64,000 bases of DNA from Hadesarchaea archaeon (GCA_029259175.1 JAPDJH010000004.1:1-64000), one strand, 5' to 3'; positions 1 to 9,355 are shown, counted from the first letter of the stretch. Notes: generated from the sequence alone by a model not told the origin. Program-made: numbers and translations.

Positions 1-238
1 AGCAACCGGAGGACGGTATAGAGGAGTTCCAGTAGTGCATCGTCGAGTTCGGCGTATGCCGCGTCCCTTGCGCGCCATCGTCTGTTGAAGCCGTGTTTGA
101 CCGTTTCTCGTACCCCCTCATGCCATCGCCTCCAGCCCAGCCTCCCAAGAAAATTTGGGGATTCAGAATTTTTCTACAAGCCCTTTTTACACACAACATT
201 TTTACCGCTCAGCGTGGACACCTGCCCTGGGAGCAGAC

Positions 239-823
239 ATGAGAAAAACACTTGAGAACTTGGTGAAGGCCTTCATTGGGGAGAGCCAAGCTCGCAACCG
301 TTATGCCTTCTACGCCAAAGTCGCAAAAAAGGAAGGCTACGAGCAAATTGCTGAAATTTTCAGAATGACAGCCGAGAACGAACGCGAACATGCGAGCACT
401 CTCTTCAAGCTCATCCAAGAGCTCAAGGAAAAATTTGGTGAGTCTCTCGAAGAAATCAAAGTGGAAACCGTGGCTCCAACGGTGCTTGGGACGACCGCTG
501 AAAATCTAAAAGCTGCAATCGCAGGGGAAAACTACGAACACACAACGATGTATCCTGAGTTCGCCAAGGTTGCTGAAGAAGAGGGGTTAAGGGAGATAGC
601 CGCGAGACTGAGGGCTATCGGGAAGGCGGAAGAGCACCATGAGGAACGCTACCAGAAGCTCCTCCACGAAGTCAAGGCTGGCACAGTGTTCAAAAAGAAC
701 CGCGAGGTCTACTGGGTTTGTCGCGAGTGTGGCTATGTGCACTACGGGAAAGAACCACCAGAGCGCTGCCCGTCCTGTGCCCATCCACGCAGCTATTTCC
801 AGCTCCTCTGCGAGGAGTACTAG
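239..823 (+). CDS. rbr: Rubrerythrin
   Basis: [12 protein letters not shown] / ENEREHA / EEHHEERY di-iron motifs plus C-terminal CRECG...CPSC rubredoxin domain; start taken at ATG 239 (MRKTLENL). Confidence 0.95.
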   Translation: MRKTLENLVKAFIGESQARNRYAFYAKVAKKEGYEQIAEIFRMTAENEREHASTLFKLIQELKEKFGESLEEIKVETVAPTVLGTTAENLKAAIAGENYEHTTMYPEFAKVAEEEGLREIAARLRAIGKAEEHHEERYQKLLHEVKAGTVFKKNREVYWVCRECGYVHYGKEPPERCPSCAHPRSYFQLLCEEY

Positions 824-862
824 AGTTATAACGCTCCGGGCATAACCCTATCGGGGAGGCTG

Positions 863-1999
863 ATGGTTCTCCACATTGGTGAGTGTGTACTGGGCGTCTT
901 TGCATTTGATGAAAAAGGAGAGCTAGTGGCATACGAGCGTTTTCCTCCCGACCCGGGCGAAGTCGCTGGCCGGCTGATGACAATCGAGATGGGGACACCA
1001 ACGCCCGAGCACCGCGTCCTCATTCACAAACTGATGGAGCGCGGGGAGAAGGACTTCGTGCTTGAGTCCTCCAAGTTGGTCGAACGACTGGCAACCGAGT
1101 TTTCGGATGCCCGTTTTGTCCATCAAATCCCCAATCGCGCGGGATCTATTCTGCGCGAAAAACTCGCCGATGTTGCGGAGAGAATCGGTGTGGCTTCGGT
1201 AGAGGATCTGCGCCGCGAAGTGAGTTTTCTGCTAACGCGCATCAAACTGAAGCGTGAAGCCGGACAGCGCGATCGTTTGATTATTCACGCGATTGATATG
1301 ATCGACGAATTAGATCGCTTTATTAACATCCTGACGATTCGAGTTCGTGAGTGGTACGGCCGCCATTTTCCTGAACTCGACCGGTTGGTCCCTGATCACG
1401 AGCTCTACCTCAAGTTTGTACACGAGCTCGGCTCGAGAGCGGATTTCACCGAAAACCGTGTGAAGGCGGTGGGGGATCTGCCAAAAGAGCGTGCCCGCCG
1501 GATTGCTGATGCAGCGAAATCTTCGGTGGGCGCGCCCATGGATGAACTCGACTTGAAAGCCATAAAGGAGTGTGTTGGGCAGATAAGATCCCTGCAGGAA
1601 CTTCGAGAACGACTTGTGGAATACGTGGACGGGCTAATGGCGCAGGTTGCTCCGAATCTCAAGACACTTGTTGGGGGCACGATCGGGGCCAGACTGATCT
1701 CTCTCGCAGGCGGGCTGGGCGAGCTCTCCCGGCTCCCGGCCAGCACTATTCAGGTTCTGGGCGCGGAGAAGGCCCTTTTCCGCGCCTTAAAGGGAAAAGC
1801 CAAGCCACCAAAACACGGTGTGATCTATCAGCACCCAGCTGTTCGTACAGCCCCTCGGCGCCTGCGTGGAAAAATAGCGCGCGCTCTCGCAGGCAAAATC
1901 GCCATAGCTGCACGCGTCGATTTCATGGCGGGCGAGTTCGTTGGGGAAAGGCTTTTAGCTGAGTTCAAATCCCGAGCTGCCGAAATCATGCAGCAATAA
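863..1999 (+). CDS. nop5: C/D box sRNP subunit Nop5 (Nop56/58)
   Basis: REWYGRHFPEL, PASTIQVLGAEKALF and KPPKHGVIYQ Nop-domain motifs; directly upstream of fibrillarin. Confidence 0.96.
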   Translation: MVLHIGECVLGVFAFDEKGELVAYERFPPDPGEVAGRLMTIEMGTPTPEHRVLIHKLMERGEKDFVLESSKLVERLATEFSDARFVHQIPNRAGSILREKLADVAERIGVASVEDLRREVSFLLTRIKLKREAGQRDRLIIHAIDMIDELDRFINILTIRVREWYGRHFPELDRLVPDHELYLKFVHELGSRADFTENRVKAVGDLPKERARRIADAAKSSVGAPMDELDLKAIKECVGQIRSLQELRERLVEYVDGLMAQVAPNLKTLVGGTIGARLISLAGGLGELSRLPASTIQVLGAEKALFRALKGKAKPPKHGVIYQHPAVRTAPRRLRGKIARALAGKIAIAARVDFMAGEFVGERLLAEFKSRAAEIMQQ

Positions 2000-2030
2000 G
2001 TTTTTTTCTTAAGACACGCTTTCATTTCTG

Positions 2031-2717
2031 ATGGTCGAACTCGTTCGCCACCCAGACTTTGACAATGTTTACTGGGCCGCCTTTGAAGGAAAAGGGAGGA
2101 AGCTTGTTACGAAGAGTTTGGCGCCGGGATTCAAGGTTTTTGTGGACGAGTGGACTTTCGAACATAAAGGGTCTGAATTCCGTATGTGGGATCCGTACCG
2201 AAGCAAATTGGCAGCTGCCATAATGAAGGGGCTGAAGCGCTTTCCGCTTCGCAGGGGGGACCGGGTTCTCTACTTGGGCGCTGCGAGCGGAACCACAGCG
2301 AGTTTCGTGAGCGATATCGTAGACGCCGAAGGAAAAGTTTTTTGCGTGGAGATTTCCAGCCGGCCGTTACGCGATTTGCTTCAAGTATGCAGCAAGCGCT
2401 CGAACATGCTCCCGATTCTAGCAGATGCAGGCGATCCCTGTGCTTATGCTCCCCTAGTGTCCTCGGCCGATGTGGTCTATCAGGACATCGCCCAGCCAGA
2501 TCAAGTCGACATCTTTCTAAAGAACGTAAGGATCTTCCTACGCGAAGGAGGGTACGGCGTTCTTGCCGTTAAGGCGCGCGCCATAGATGTGAGCAAGCGC
2601 CCCTGCGAGATTTTCAGCGAAGAACTGGAGCGGCTGCAGCGCGAACTCGATGTGTTGGACACGAAAATACTGGACCCGTATGAACGCGATCACGCAATGT
2701 TCATCGTCAGGAAGTGA
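2031..2717 (+). CDS. flpA: Fibrillarin-like rRNA/tRNA 2'-O-methyltransferase
   Basis: WDPYRSKLAAAI, VLYLGAASGTT, YQDIAQPDQ, LDPYERDH. Confidence 0.97.
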   Translation: MVELVRHPDFDNVYWAAFEGKGRKLVTKSLAPGFKVFVDEWTFEHKGSEFRMWDPYRSKLAAAIMKGLKRFPLRRGDRVLYLGAASGTTASFVSDIVDAEGKVFCVEISSRPLRDLLQVCSKRSNMLPILADAGDPCAYAPLVSSADVVYQDIAQPDQVDIFLKNVRIFLREGGYGVLAVKARAIDVSKRPCEIFSEELERLQRELDVLDTKILDPYERDHAMFIVRK

Positions 2718-2721
2718 GTGG

Positions 2722-3615
2722 TCAGCGCGTCGTGACTTCACAACCGTTTTCCGTTACGATCACGGTGTGCTCGGCTTGAGCGACTTTTCCCTTCCCACGC
2801 TCGGATAGCACATGATAGGGCCAGAGCGCCCCAGCACCGACGAGTTCGCGCAGGCTCAGTTCGAGCCGCAACTTGGACATACGCTTTGCCAGCCAGCGTT
2901 CAGCGAAGGGGAGAGTACGATAGAAGTTCTTGATGTCTCGGAGGAGCGCACGCGTCATGCGCAAGCGTGTGGGCGCGTCTCGCAGGTAACGAAAAATGAG
3001 GGTCTGCTGCAGATCGTCGACATAGCCTGCGCCGTCAGTTGCAAACGGTTCGATAGCGAGCACATCCCCCGGTTTGAGGATTTGTCCGGTCTTTTCAGCC
3101 ACATTGGGGATCGTTATGCCAGCGTGCAGGTCCCACGGTGCAAGACTGTGTCCCGTGAGATTACGGATGGGCTTGAAACCGAGCTGAGTGATGGTTTGTT
3201 CGACGGCTTTTCCGATTTCTCCCACGTCGATCCCCGGCCTCACAACTGAGATCGCTGCTTCGAGGGCTTTTTCCGCAGCTTCGACCAAGGGATTGGGCGA
3301 TCCGATCGATACTGAGAAAGCTGTGTCGGCAATATAACCGTCTATCTGGGCTCCGATATCCACCTTGACGAGATCACCCGTCTGAATGGTGCGCTCGTCG
3401 TTTAGAGGAGGAGAGTAGTGAGCGGCGATTTCGTTGACCGAGACGTTACAGGGAAAAGCGGGCTGGGCCCCTTTGGAGCGAATGAGTTCCTCAGCACGTT
3501 CAGCGATGTCTACCAGTTTGACCCCCTCTTTCACGTGTTTTTTGATCTCTTCCCTCACTTCGGCCAGAATTTTTCCTGCCTGTCGGTATTTCTGGAGTTC
3601 TTCCTCGCTGAGCAT
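2722..3615 (-). CDS. map: Methionine aminopeptidase type II
   Basis: AFPCN, AAHY, KVDIGAQIDGYIADTA, NLTGH, AIEPFAT, QAEHT; ATG 3615 has a GGAG RBS. Confidence 0.95.
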   Translation of the reverse strand: MLSEEELQKYRQAGKILAEVREEIKKHVKEGVKLVDIAERAEELIRSKGAQPAFPCNVSVNEIAAHYSPPLNDERTIQTGDLVKVDIGAQIDGYIADTAFSVSIGSPNPLVEAAEKALEAAISVVRPGIDVGEIGKAVEQTITQLGFKPIRNLTGHSLAPWDLHAGITIPNVAEKTGQILKPGDVLAIEPFATDGAGYVDDLQQTLIFRYLRDAPTRLRMTRALLRDIKNFYRTLPFAERWLAKRMSKLRLELSLRELVGAGALWPYHVLSERGKGKVAQAEHTVIVTENGCEVTTR

Positions 3616-3736
3616 CGGGATCTCCTGCAAAACTGTTAACTCAAGGTCTTAAAGATTGGGGCCACACATCACCCAGATGAAAATCTGCCCCCGGCGATTT
3701 CGAGACTTGAATAACGACAGATTTTTGGGAGACGTA

Positions 3737-4195
3737 CTATCTGACTTTGAAATAGCACACACGTAGCTTCGGATCGTGGACTTTGGGTTCGGGAATTTCG
3801 CGGGCTTTTTCCAGCGGAATGTTGTCGAGGCGCTTCCAGCCGTGCATCGCGGCGTTCGCCTTGAACCCGAAGTCAAGCTTGCGGAGCAGATAGTTCGTGT
3901 CGGCCTGGACCCTCCGGATCTTTTTAAGCGTGCACGCTATGTCTTCCTGCACTTGCTTGATTTCCCTCTGAACCCCCTTGATCTCCCGGAGAAGCTTGAG
4001 GGTCTGACGGTTTGAGTTTTGGATTATCCTTTGTGTTTGGCGGTTTGAGGATTCGATTAACTTCTGGGTCTGCAAGTTCAGCTTCTGGACGAGGCACTGC
4101 GTTTGTCGATTGGTCAGAACTATGGTCGGAACTAACGTTCCAATTAATGGTAGGGTAATCGTCAGCAGGGCGGTTAGGACCTCCATCACACCCAT
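3737..4195 (-). CDS. Hypothetical membrane-anchored coiled-coil protein with 11-aa N(R/L)QT repeats
   Basis: N-terminal hydrophobic helix followed by NRQTQ/NLQTQ/NRQTQ/NRQTL at 11-residue spacing. Confidence 0.65.
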   Translation of the reverse strand: MGVMEVLTALLTITLPLIGTLVPTIVLTNRQTQCLVQKLNLQTQKLIESSNRQTQRIIQNSNRQTLKLLREIKGVQREIKQVQEDIACTLKKIRRVQADTNYLLRKLDFGFKANAAMHGWKRLDNIPLEKAREIPEPKVHDPKLRVCYFKVR

Positions 4196-4245
4196 TTAAG
4201 TTCCGTCCTCCAGCTATTTCTCACTTTTCTCGCTGATCCTTTGCG

Positions 4246-4262
4246 TGAAGGTTGCTTATAAA
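4246..4262. promoter_or_regulatory. TATA-containing motif TGAAGGTTGCTTATAAA, identical to 27106-27122
   Basis: 17-bp exact duplicate, preceded by CTTTGCG in both places; contains TTATAAA. Confidence 0.6.
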
Positions 4263-4423
4263 AAACAAATTGTATTTAACAAAGCGAGCTTCTCCAACGG
4301 CGATTCCTAAAAGCTGTACCACACTTCCCGAACCACAAAGCAAGCAAAAATCCATGACCGCCGGAACACCGTCGGATACACTTTATGTAATGCTAAAAGA
4401 CGACATGACATTATAGGTAGTGG

Positions 4424-4837
4424 GTGCACGGCTTGAAAGACACTTTTCTCACTGATGCCCAGCGCCGGGTTCTCGAGCTCCGGGCTCAGGGCTACAGCCA
4501 AGCCCAGATCGCCCGGATGCTTCGGACCACCCGTGCCAACATCTCTATTTTGGAAAAGCGCGCGCGTGAAAAGATAGAGCGCGCAAGACGGACCGTCGAG
4601 TTCGCTAAGAAGCTGGAATCGAGGGCGGTCGTGGAAGTGAGACCAGGGGAGGACTTGCTGGGCATCCCCAAACGGGTTCTCCGCGCCGCCGACTCAGCTG
4701 GGATAAAGCTCGGCAAGTCCTACGTGGATTTGCTTGCCGAGATCAAAGAGAAAGCGGGCAGAAAGGTGGACGGCCGAAGGATACGCGAAAAGTTTGAGAT
4801 CGCAATTTCGGCGACAGGTGAGCTCATCGTCAGCTGA
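4424..4837 (+). CDS. tfx: Tfx-family DNA-binding protein
   Basis: TFLTDAQRRVLELRAQGYSQAQIARMLRTTRANISILEKRAREKIERAR HTH plus Tfx-like C-terminal domain. Confidence 0.88.
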   Translation: MHGLKDTFLTDAQRRVLELRAQGYSQAQIARMLRTTRANISILEKRAREKIERARRTVEFAKKLESRAVVEVRPGEDLLGIPKRVLRAADSAGIKLGKSYVDLLAEIKEKAGRKVDGRRIREKFEIAISATGELIVS

Positions 4838-7235
4838 GGAATTCCTCCAAGCCGCGTTGCCGGCTTCGCTGGAATCGCAGACTCTCGTCCGAGTAGCCGA
4901 GAACTTCCATTATTCGCATGACCGCTGGCAACACCTGGTGCTCCACGTAGTAATCGGGATCGTAGTTTCTGCCCTCTAGGAGTTCCACCGGTATTGCCCG
5001 ATCACTTATGCTGCCGCTCCCTCTAACCACCACATACCCTATGACCATTCCAGGCTCCACTTCTACGCCTCGCTCTCGCAGACGCTTTGCAGCTGCCACG
5101 TGGGGACCCACCGAGCGGTAGCTCTCGATCGGCATTTTCAGCTGGGTGTAGATGATCAAGTCGTTGAGATCCACTTCACCCTTTTGAATGCGGCGCGTTA
5201 CCGTGCGCACGATATCGGCTGCTTTTTCCTTGGATCCCTCTCTCAGAATGGCTTCGAGCACTGCCTGCTGTGTCCGCTTGGCGATCTGTGCCCAGTCACG
5301 TCTCACGAACTCCAAGCCCTTGACGGTGATTCGACCGTCCTCGTCGATCATCGCATAGCGCTTCTTGGTCACGTATACCGCGCGCGGATAGAACCCCTCC
5401 AGCTCGAGCTCGATGATTCCGGGCAGCCGGCGGTTTAGTTCTTCCATGAAGCGGATGGCGTCCTTCTTGCTTTTACCGTTGAGGGTACAGTGCAGCGAGT
5501 CCGTGTCCGAGTACACCACCCTCAGACCGAAGCGCTCGGCCTCTTGAATGCTTTGGCGGATGTAGTAGCGCCCGAAGCTTGTCACGCTTTCTGCCGCTTC
5601 GCGGGAGTACCACCGCGCCCGAGGGTAGCCGAGCACGCCATAGAAGCTGTTCGAGATCACTTTGAGAGCCCACTGCTGGGCGTTGAGCACGGTGTATTCA
5701 GGGGTGTCTCGCTTCATCTTTTTCAGCTCGCGCTTGAGCTGTGAGCGTGTTTCAATGAGCTTTTTCAGAACCCCTGGAATGAATCCCTTGCGCTTAGCAC
5801 AAATATGGTAATCCAGCTCGGGCACTCTGGTGCTCTCCGATGGTTCACAACACTTGCAGTTGATGGTGGATGGATCGATATTGTGAGTAACAATAATAGA
5901 CGGATACAGGGAGCGGAAGTCGAAGACCACCAAGTTTTCGTGCATACCGCGCTTTGGCTCCATCACGTAGGCTCCCGCATATGTCTCTTCCATTCGTTCC
6001 TCGTACTCACCTCCCACAGGACGGGCGGGAACGAGCTCCCCCCTGCGCTGGGCTTCGGCCACGAGCAGCCACTCCACCAGCTGTCCCGGGGTCATGCGCG
6101 TGACATCGAAGAGGGTCTGCCCAACGATTTTGCAGATTTGAATGAAGAGCGGGAGGAACTCTAGTCCCAGCTCCAGAGTGGCTTCCGCATCCGAGAGCGA
6201 GTACTCCAGCAGACGCTTCCAGAGTTCGCCCCCGCGTTCCCAAGCCTCGACGAACCGGGTGAATTCGAAATCAGGTTTTTCCTTTCCAAATACGTAGCGG
6301 TACACGTCTTCGAGGGTGTAATGGATGAGGCGAATGTTTCCAATGGTGGCAAGGAAATTGACTATCGCGTACACGTCGACATGGATTCGACCGCGTATCC
6401 GAGTGGCAGTGGCGAACCGTCGGCGCTTGGAGACTATTTCTGATTCGTCGCGTCCGAGCGCCAGTTTGAGCTTGAGGTGTTTTGCGCGATCCTTGAGATA
6501 GGGAAAGTCGAAGAAGTCGGTGTTGTACCCAAGCAAGATGTCCACGTCGCGTTCTTTAATGATCTCGATGAAGCGCTTAATCATTGTTCGTTCGTCTTCC
6601 ACCACCTCGACGAATTTGAGCGGGGGAGAGTCTTTCTTCCACGTGAGCACACGGCGGAAGCCGTCGTTTCCCGCGAGACTTATCATGAGCACCGGGTCTT
6701 GCTCTGGCCGCGGAGCGCCCGTGGGATTGTACACCTCGATGTCGAAGCTCATGACGCGGAGGTCTGGCAGGTCGAGCTCGACGGCCTTGGGGGGAGAGAG
6801 AACGGTTAGCTGCTTTTCGTCGATTTTTGTCTCCACCCCATCCATTGGTCTGAGCCCGTGTTCGATGAGGTACTGCTTGCTCACCGGGATGTCATATCCG
6901 TAAATTGCGTTCACACCGGGGAGATCGCGTATAGTTCTGCGAAGCGGCTGGAGGTGTTTGGGCTTTTCCAAAACCACTTTTACGGCGGGTGTGGGTTCAC
7001 CCAGACGGGTGCGCTCGACCACTTCCGTTTTGAGCGGTTTGATGAAGCCACCGTTGGAGGGGATTCGCAACTTCGATATGAGCTGAGCTAGTTTTTGAGG
7101 GTTGGGGCCCGTCACGAAGAAGTAATGCTCGAAGCGCGGGTCGTTGACCACCACTAGGTCTCGCGTTTTTCGGAGGTAGAGCCGGATCACGTTTTGTTCG
7201 TCCGAGTAGTCGATGTCGAACAGGACTCCCTTCAT
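4830..7235 (-). CDS. polB: Family B DNA polymerase (PolB3 type), no intein
   Basis: Exonuclease motifs FDIEV, YNTDFFDFPYL, YSLSDA; polymerase motifs DFRSLYPS, KVISNSFYG, YSDTDS, KKRY, KGLEFVRRDW; start MKGVLFD at 7235 (the ORF-track extension runs through an RNA-like region). Confidence 0.96.
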   Translation of the reverse strand: MKGVLFDIDYSDEQNVIRLYLRKTRDLVVVNDPRFEHYFFVTGPNPQKLAQLISKLRIPSNGGFIKPLKTEVVERTRLGEPTPAVKVVLEKPKHLQPLRRTIRDLPGVNAIYGYDIPVSKQYLIEHGLRPMDGVETKIDEKQLTVLSPPKAVELDLPDLRVMSFDIEVYNPTGAPRPEQDPVLMISLAGNDGFRRVLTWKKDSPPLKFVEVVEDERTMIKRFIEIIKERDVDILLGYNTDFFDFPYLKDRAKHLKLKLALGRDESEIVSKRRRFATATRIRGRIHVDVYAIVNFLATIGNIRLIHYTLEDVYRYVFGKEKPDFEFTRFVEAWERGGELWKRLLEYSLSDAEATLELGLEFLPLFIQICKIVGQTLFDVTRMTPGQLVEWLLVAEAQRRGELVPARPVGGEYEERMEETYAGAYVMEPKRGMHENLVVFDFRSLYPSIIVTHNIDPSTINCKCCEPSESTRVPELDYHICAKRKGFIPGVLKKLIETRSQLKRELKKMKRDTPEYTVLNAQQWALKVISNSFYGVLGYPRARWYSREAAESVTSFGRYYIRQSIQEAERFGLRVVYSDTDSLHCTLNGKSKKDAIRFMEELNRRLPGIIELELEGFYPRAVYVTKKRYAMIDEDGRITVKGLEFVRRDWAQIAKRTQQAVLEAILREGSKEKAADIVRTVTRRIQKGEVDLNDLIIYTQLKMPIESYRSVGPHVAAAKRLRERGVEVEPGMVIGYVVVRGSGSISDRAIPVELLEGRNYDPDYYVEHQVLPAVMRIMEVLGYSDESLRFQRSRQRGLEEFLS

Positions 7236-7270
7236 CGAATATCTCTTGGTTAATCCTGAATAAATGAGAA

Positions 7271-7466
7271 GCGGCGGAGGCGTTCCCCACCGTTCGTCGC
7301 AGGTTCTGGAGGTCGGGGAACGCCTGCGACTACGGGTGGGCCCAAGGCCCGCTAGGTGCCGCACCGCAGAGCGGCGCGACCCTCGTAGAGTGGCACCAAC
7401 GTGAGGAAGGCCGCCCCTGAAGTCGGGGTCTGGCACCAAGCCACTCCGTGGGCCCGCCTCCGCCAC
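7271..7466 (+). ncRNA. Candidate ~195-nt structured RNA, family unassigned
   Basis: Terminal helix GGCGGAGGCG (7273-7282) / CGCCTCCGCC (7455-7464), several internal stems, very GC-rich between AT-rich flanks, followed by a T-tract on +. Confidence 0.6.
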
Positions 7467-7470
7467 TAAT

Positions 7471-7492
7471 ACTTTTGTTTTTCTTTCTATTT
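7471..7492 (+). terminator. Archaeal-type oligo-T terminator candidate
   Basis: ACTTTTGTTTTTCTTTCTATTT immediately after the GC-rich closing stem. Confidence 0.45.
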
Positions 7493-7649
7493 ACAGCTTT
7501 CGGCTTAGTCGATTCCAAAAGGGTGATGGGGTGGCTGGTATGAGCTGCTCATCCAAGCGTTGGCCAACACCTGTCCCAGCCAGCTTGGCACCACCCCGAA
7601 ATCATATCTGGGGCCAATCTTCTTAAGAATGGGCGTTTACTGTTGTGCG

Positions 7650-8630
7650 ATGGAACTCCTTGCTTCCAATCACAGCAGCTATCCGCGGATAGGCGACAGC
7701 CCGGAACAGCAACGGCACCGTCAAGCGTATACGCGTTGGGAGCGTGGTGAGATTTCGGACGAGGAGTTCGAGCGGGTTCAGGATGAGGTTACCCGTGAAG
7801 TCATCGAAGAGCAGATCCGGGCGGGGCTGGATGTGGTCACAGACGGTCAGATCCGGTGGTACGATCCGGTGTCGCACCTTGCCCGAAAGGTTGAGGGCTG
7901 CGAGATAGATGGTTTGCTCCGTTTTTTCGACACCAACTTCTATTTCCGCCAGCCGGTGGTCACGCAAAGCTTGCGGAGACGTGAGCCGGTCCTGCGCCGC
8001 GAGTTCGAATTCGCCAGAAGTGTGAGCTCGCGTCCCGTCAAAGCGGTGATCACCGGTCCGTACACCATCGCGAAGCTGTCGATCGATCGCAGCTCCCGAG
8101 GATTCGACTTTCTGCTCCAGGAATGGACTCGGGTGGTGACCGAGGAGATCTCGGATCTGGTGAGTGCTGGTGCGCGGGTGATTCAAGTGGAGGAGCCGGC
8201 GATTCTCCGCAATCCCGGTGACTGGAATCTGTTCAAGCGCTCGGTGGAGCAGTTAGCGTCTGCCCGTGGAGAAGCCGATCTGTTGCTCGCCACCTACTTT
8301 GGTGATGCCACGCCCCTTTATCCAAGGTTCTGCAGGCTGCCAGTTCAAGGACTGGTGTTTGATCTGACTTATGCCCCCAAGTTGCCGAACACTATTGCCC
8401 GTTTGGGCTGTCCTCTAGATTTGGGCTTGGGAATCGTTGACGGGCGCAATACTCGGATGGAGCGGATCGATGAGCTTCTCCCGGTGCTGAGGACGATTCT
8501 TCCGACCATCGGGAGTTCTCGCGTGTACCTTGTGCCCTCCTGCGGGATAGGCGATTACCTTCCCCGCGCCACCGCGTTCGCAAAGCTGGAACTGTTGGCC
8601 GAGCTGAAACGCGAGGCCGAGCGCTTATAG
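7650..8630 (+). CDS. Cobalamin-independent methionine synthase, N-terminal-like subunit of split MetE
   Basis: SSYPRIG, QIRAGLDVVTDGQIRWYD, RFFDTNFYFRQP, TGPYT, VDGRN, PSCG; the HxC zinc ligands are replaced by ATYFG. Confidence 0.85.
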   Translation: MELLASNHSSYPRIGDSPEQQRHRQAYTRWERGEISDEEFERVQDEVTREVIEEQIRAGLDVVTDGQIRWYDPVSHLARKVEGCEIDGLLRFFDTNFYFRQPVVTQSLRRREPVLRREFEFARSVSSRPVKAVITGPYTIAKLSIDRSSRGFDFLLQEWTRVVTEEISDLVSAGARVIQVEEPAILRNPGDWNLFKRSVEQLASARGEADLLLATYFGDATPLYPRFCRLPVQGLVFDLTYAPKLPNTIARLGCPLDLGLGIVDGRNTRMERIDELLPVLRTILPTIGSSRVYLVPSCGIGDYLPRATAFAKLELLAELKREAERL

Positions 8631-8849
8631 AGGGTTGCGTCTCTTGCTCCGTTGCCACAACAGCACCGAAAGCGCGAAACAGAAAATTGCCGCTGAGTAC
8701 CCCACAGCCTCAACTCTACATTTGTCTGTTAATTCGTGACCGAGTTCCTCCCACACCCGTTCTGCCCCCACAGCAAACGTAATCCACCCAGCCCCAATCC
8801 ACGCTATCAGCGGCGCCAAGATCCGAAACAAGACTGCTCGCTCTCTCAT
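8625..8849 (-). CDS. Small 2-TM membrane protein
   Basis: MRERAVLFRILAPLIAW...; two hydrophobic helices; ATGA overlap with the stop of the upstream PrsW gene. Confidence 0.55.
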   Translation of the reverse strand: MRERAVLFRILAPLIAWIGAGWITFAVGAERVWEELGHELTDKCRVEAVGYSAAIFCFALSVLLWQRSKRRNPL

Positions 8850-9355
8850 GGTAGCCAGCCCCCAGCGACCGCAACCAGCAAGTTGTAGACGGAGTGTATG
8901 CTGATGGCCACAAGTAGAAACTTTAACAGCTCTTCGATTCGTCCGGTTTTCCTCCACCTCATTACCCCGAAAGCCGCAATCGAAGTTGCGGCCATGTGTA
9001 CAGGGAGGGAAAGTCCAGTGCGCAGTGCGAGTACTCCGAGCACCGCGTGGATACCGTGCGAGAGTGCTTCCGTCGCGTATATCGCGTTTTCCAGTAGGCC
9101 GAAGCCCAACCCGGCAACCGCACCGAGCACGATCCACTCTCTCGTCTTTATTCGAGCTCGTGTCAGCTTGAGCAGATAGAGTCCAGCCGGTTTGACGGAC
9201 TCTTCCACCACCGGAGCTATCACGGAGATCGCCAAGAAGAGGAAGAGGCCCCGGTTTTCGGCCGTGAGGGGCCAGATGAATCCGATGTACTGGAAGTTGT
9301 AGGATGCTGCCATGAGCCCGGCATAAGCCCCTAGTCCAAAAGCTACGAACCACAT
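8846..9355 (-). CDS. PrsW-family intramembrane glutamic/metalloprotease
   Basis: APVVEESVK, GLGFGLLEN, H..A, HSVYN motifs; multi-TM. Confidence 0.85.
   Translation of the reverse strand: MWFVAFGLGAYAGLMAASYNFQYIGFIWPLTAENRGLFLFLAISVIAPVVEESVKPAGLYLLKLTRARIKTREWIVLGAVAGLGFGLLENAIYATEALSHGIHAVLGVLALRTGLSLPVHMAATSIAAFGVMRWRKTGRIEELLKFLLVAISIHSVYNLLVAVAGGWLP

Noticed and set aside
1-150. Possible 5' part of a minus-strand gene at the window edge
   Set aside because: Too short to assign a frame or product
4383-4415. Possible Tfx operator (TAATG...CATTA)
   Set aside because: Only a 5-bp inverted repeat in AT-rich promoter DNA; not distinguishable from chance
7266-7466. RNase P RNA or SRP RNA
   Set aside because: GAGGAAGGCCGCCC (7403) resembles RNase P CR-I, but it lies late in the element with no downstream CR-V; there is no SRP helix-8 GGAA/AGCA motif, and the element is shorter than typical for either
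7236-7466. N-terminal 77-aa extension of PolB in the ORF track
   Set aside because: Low-complexity Arg/Pro/Gly translation of a structured GC-rich region; homology starts at MKGVLFD (7235)
7540-7600. SAM-I riboswitch (CTCATCC on +; GGTGCCAA...GATGAG on -)
   Set aside because: The fragments lie on opposite strands or in the wrong order, and the P2 kink-turn and GCAAC elements are absent
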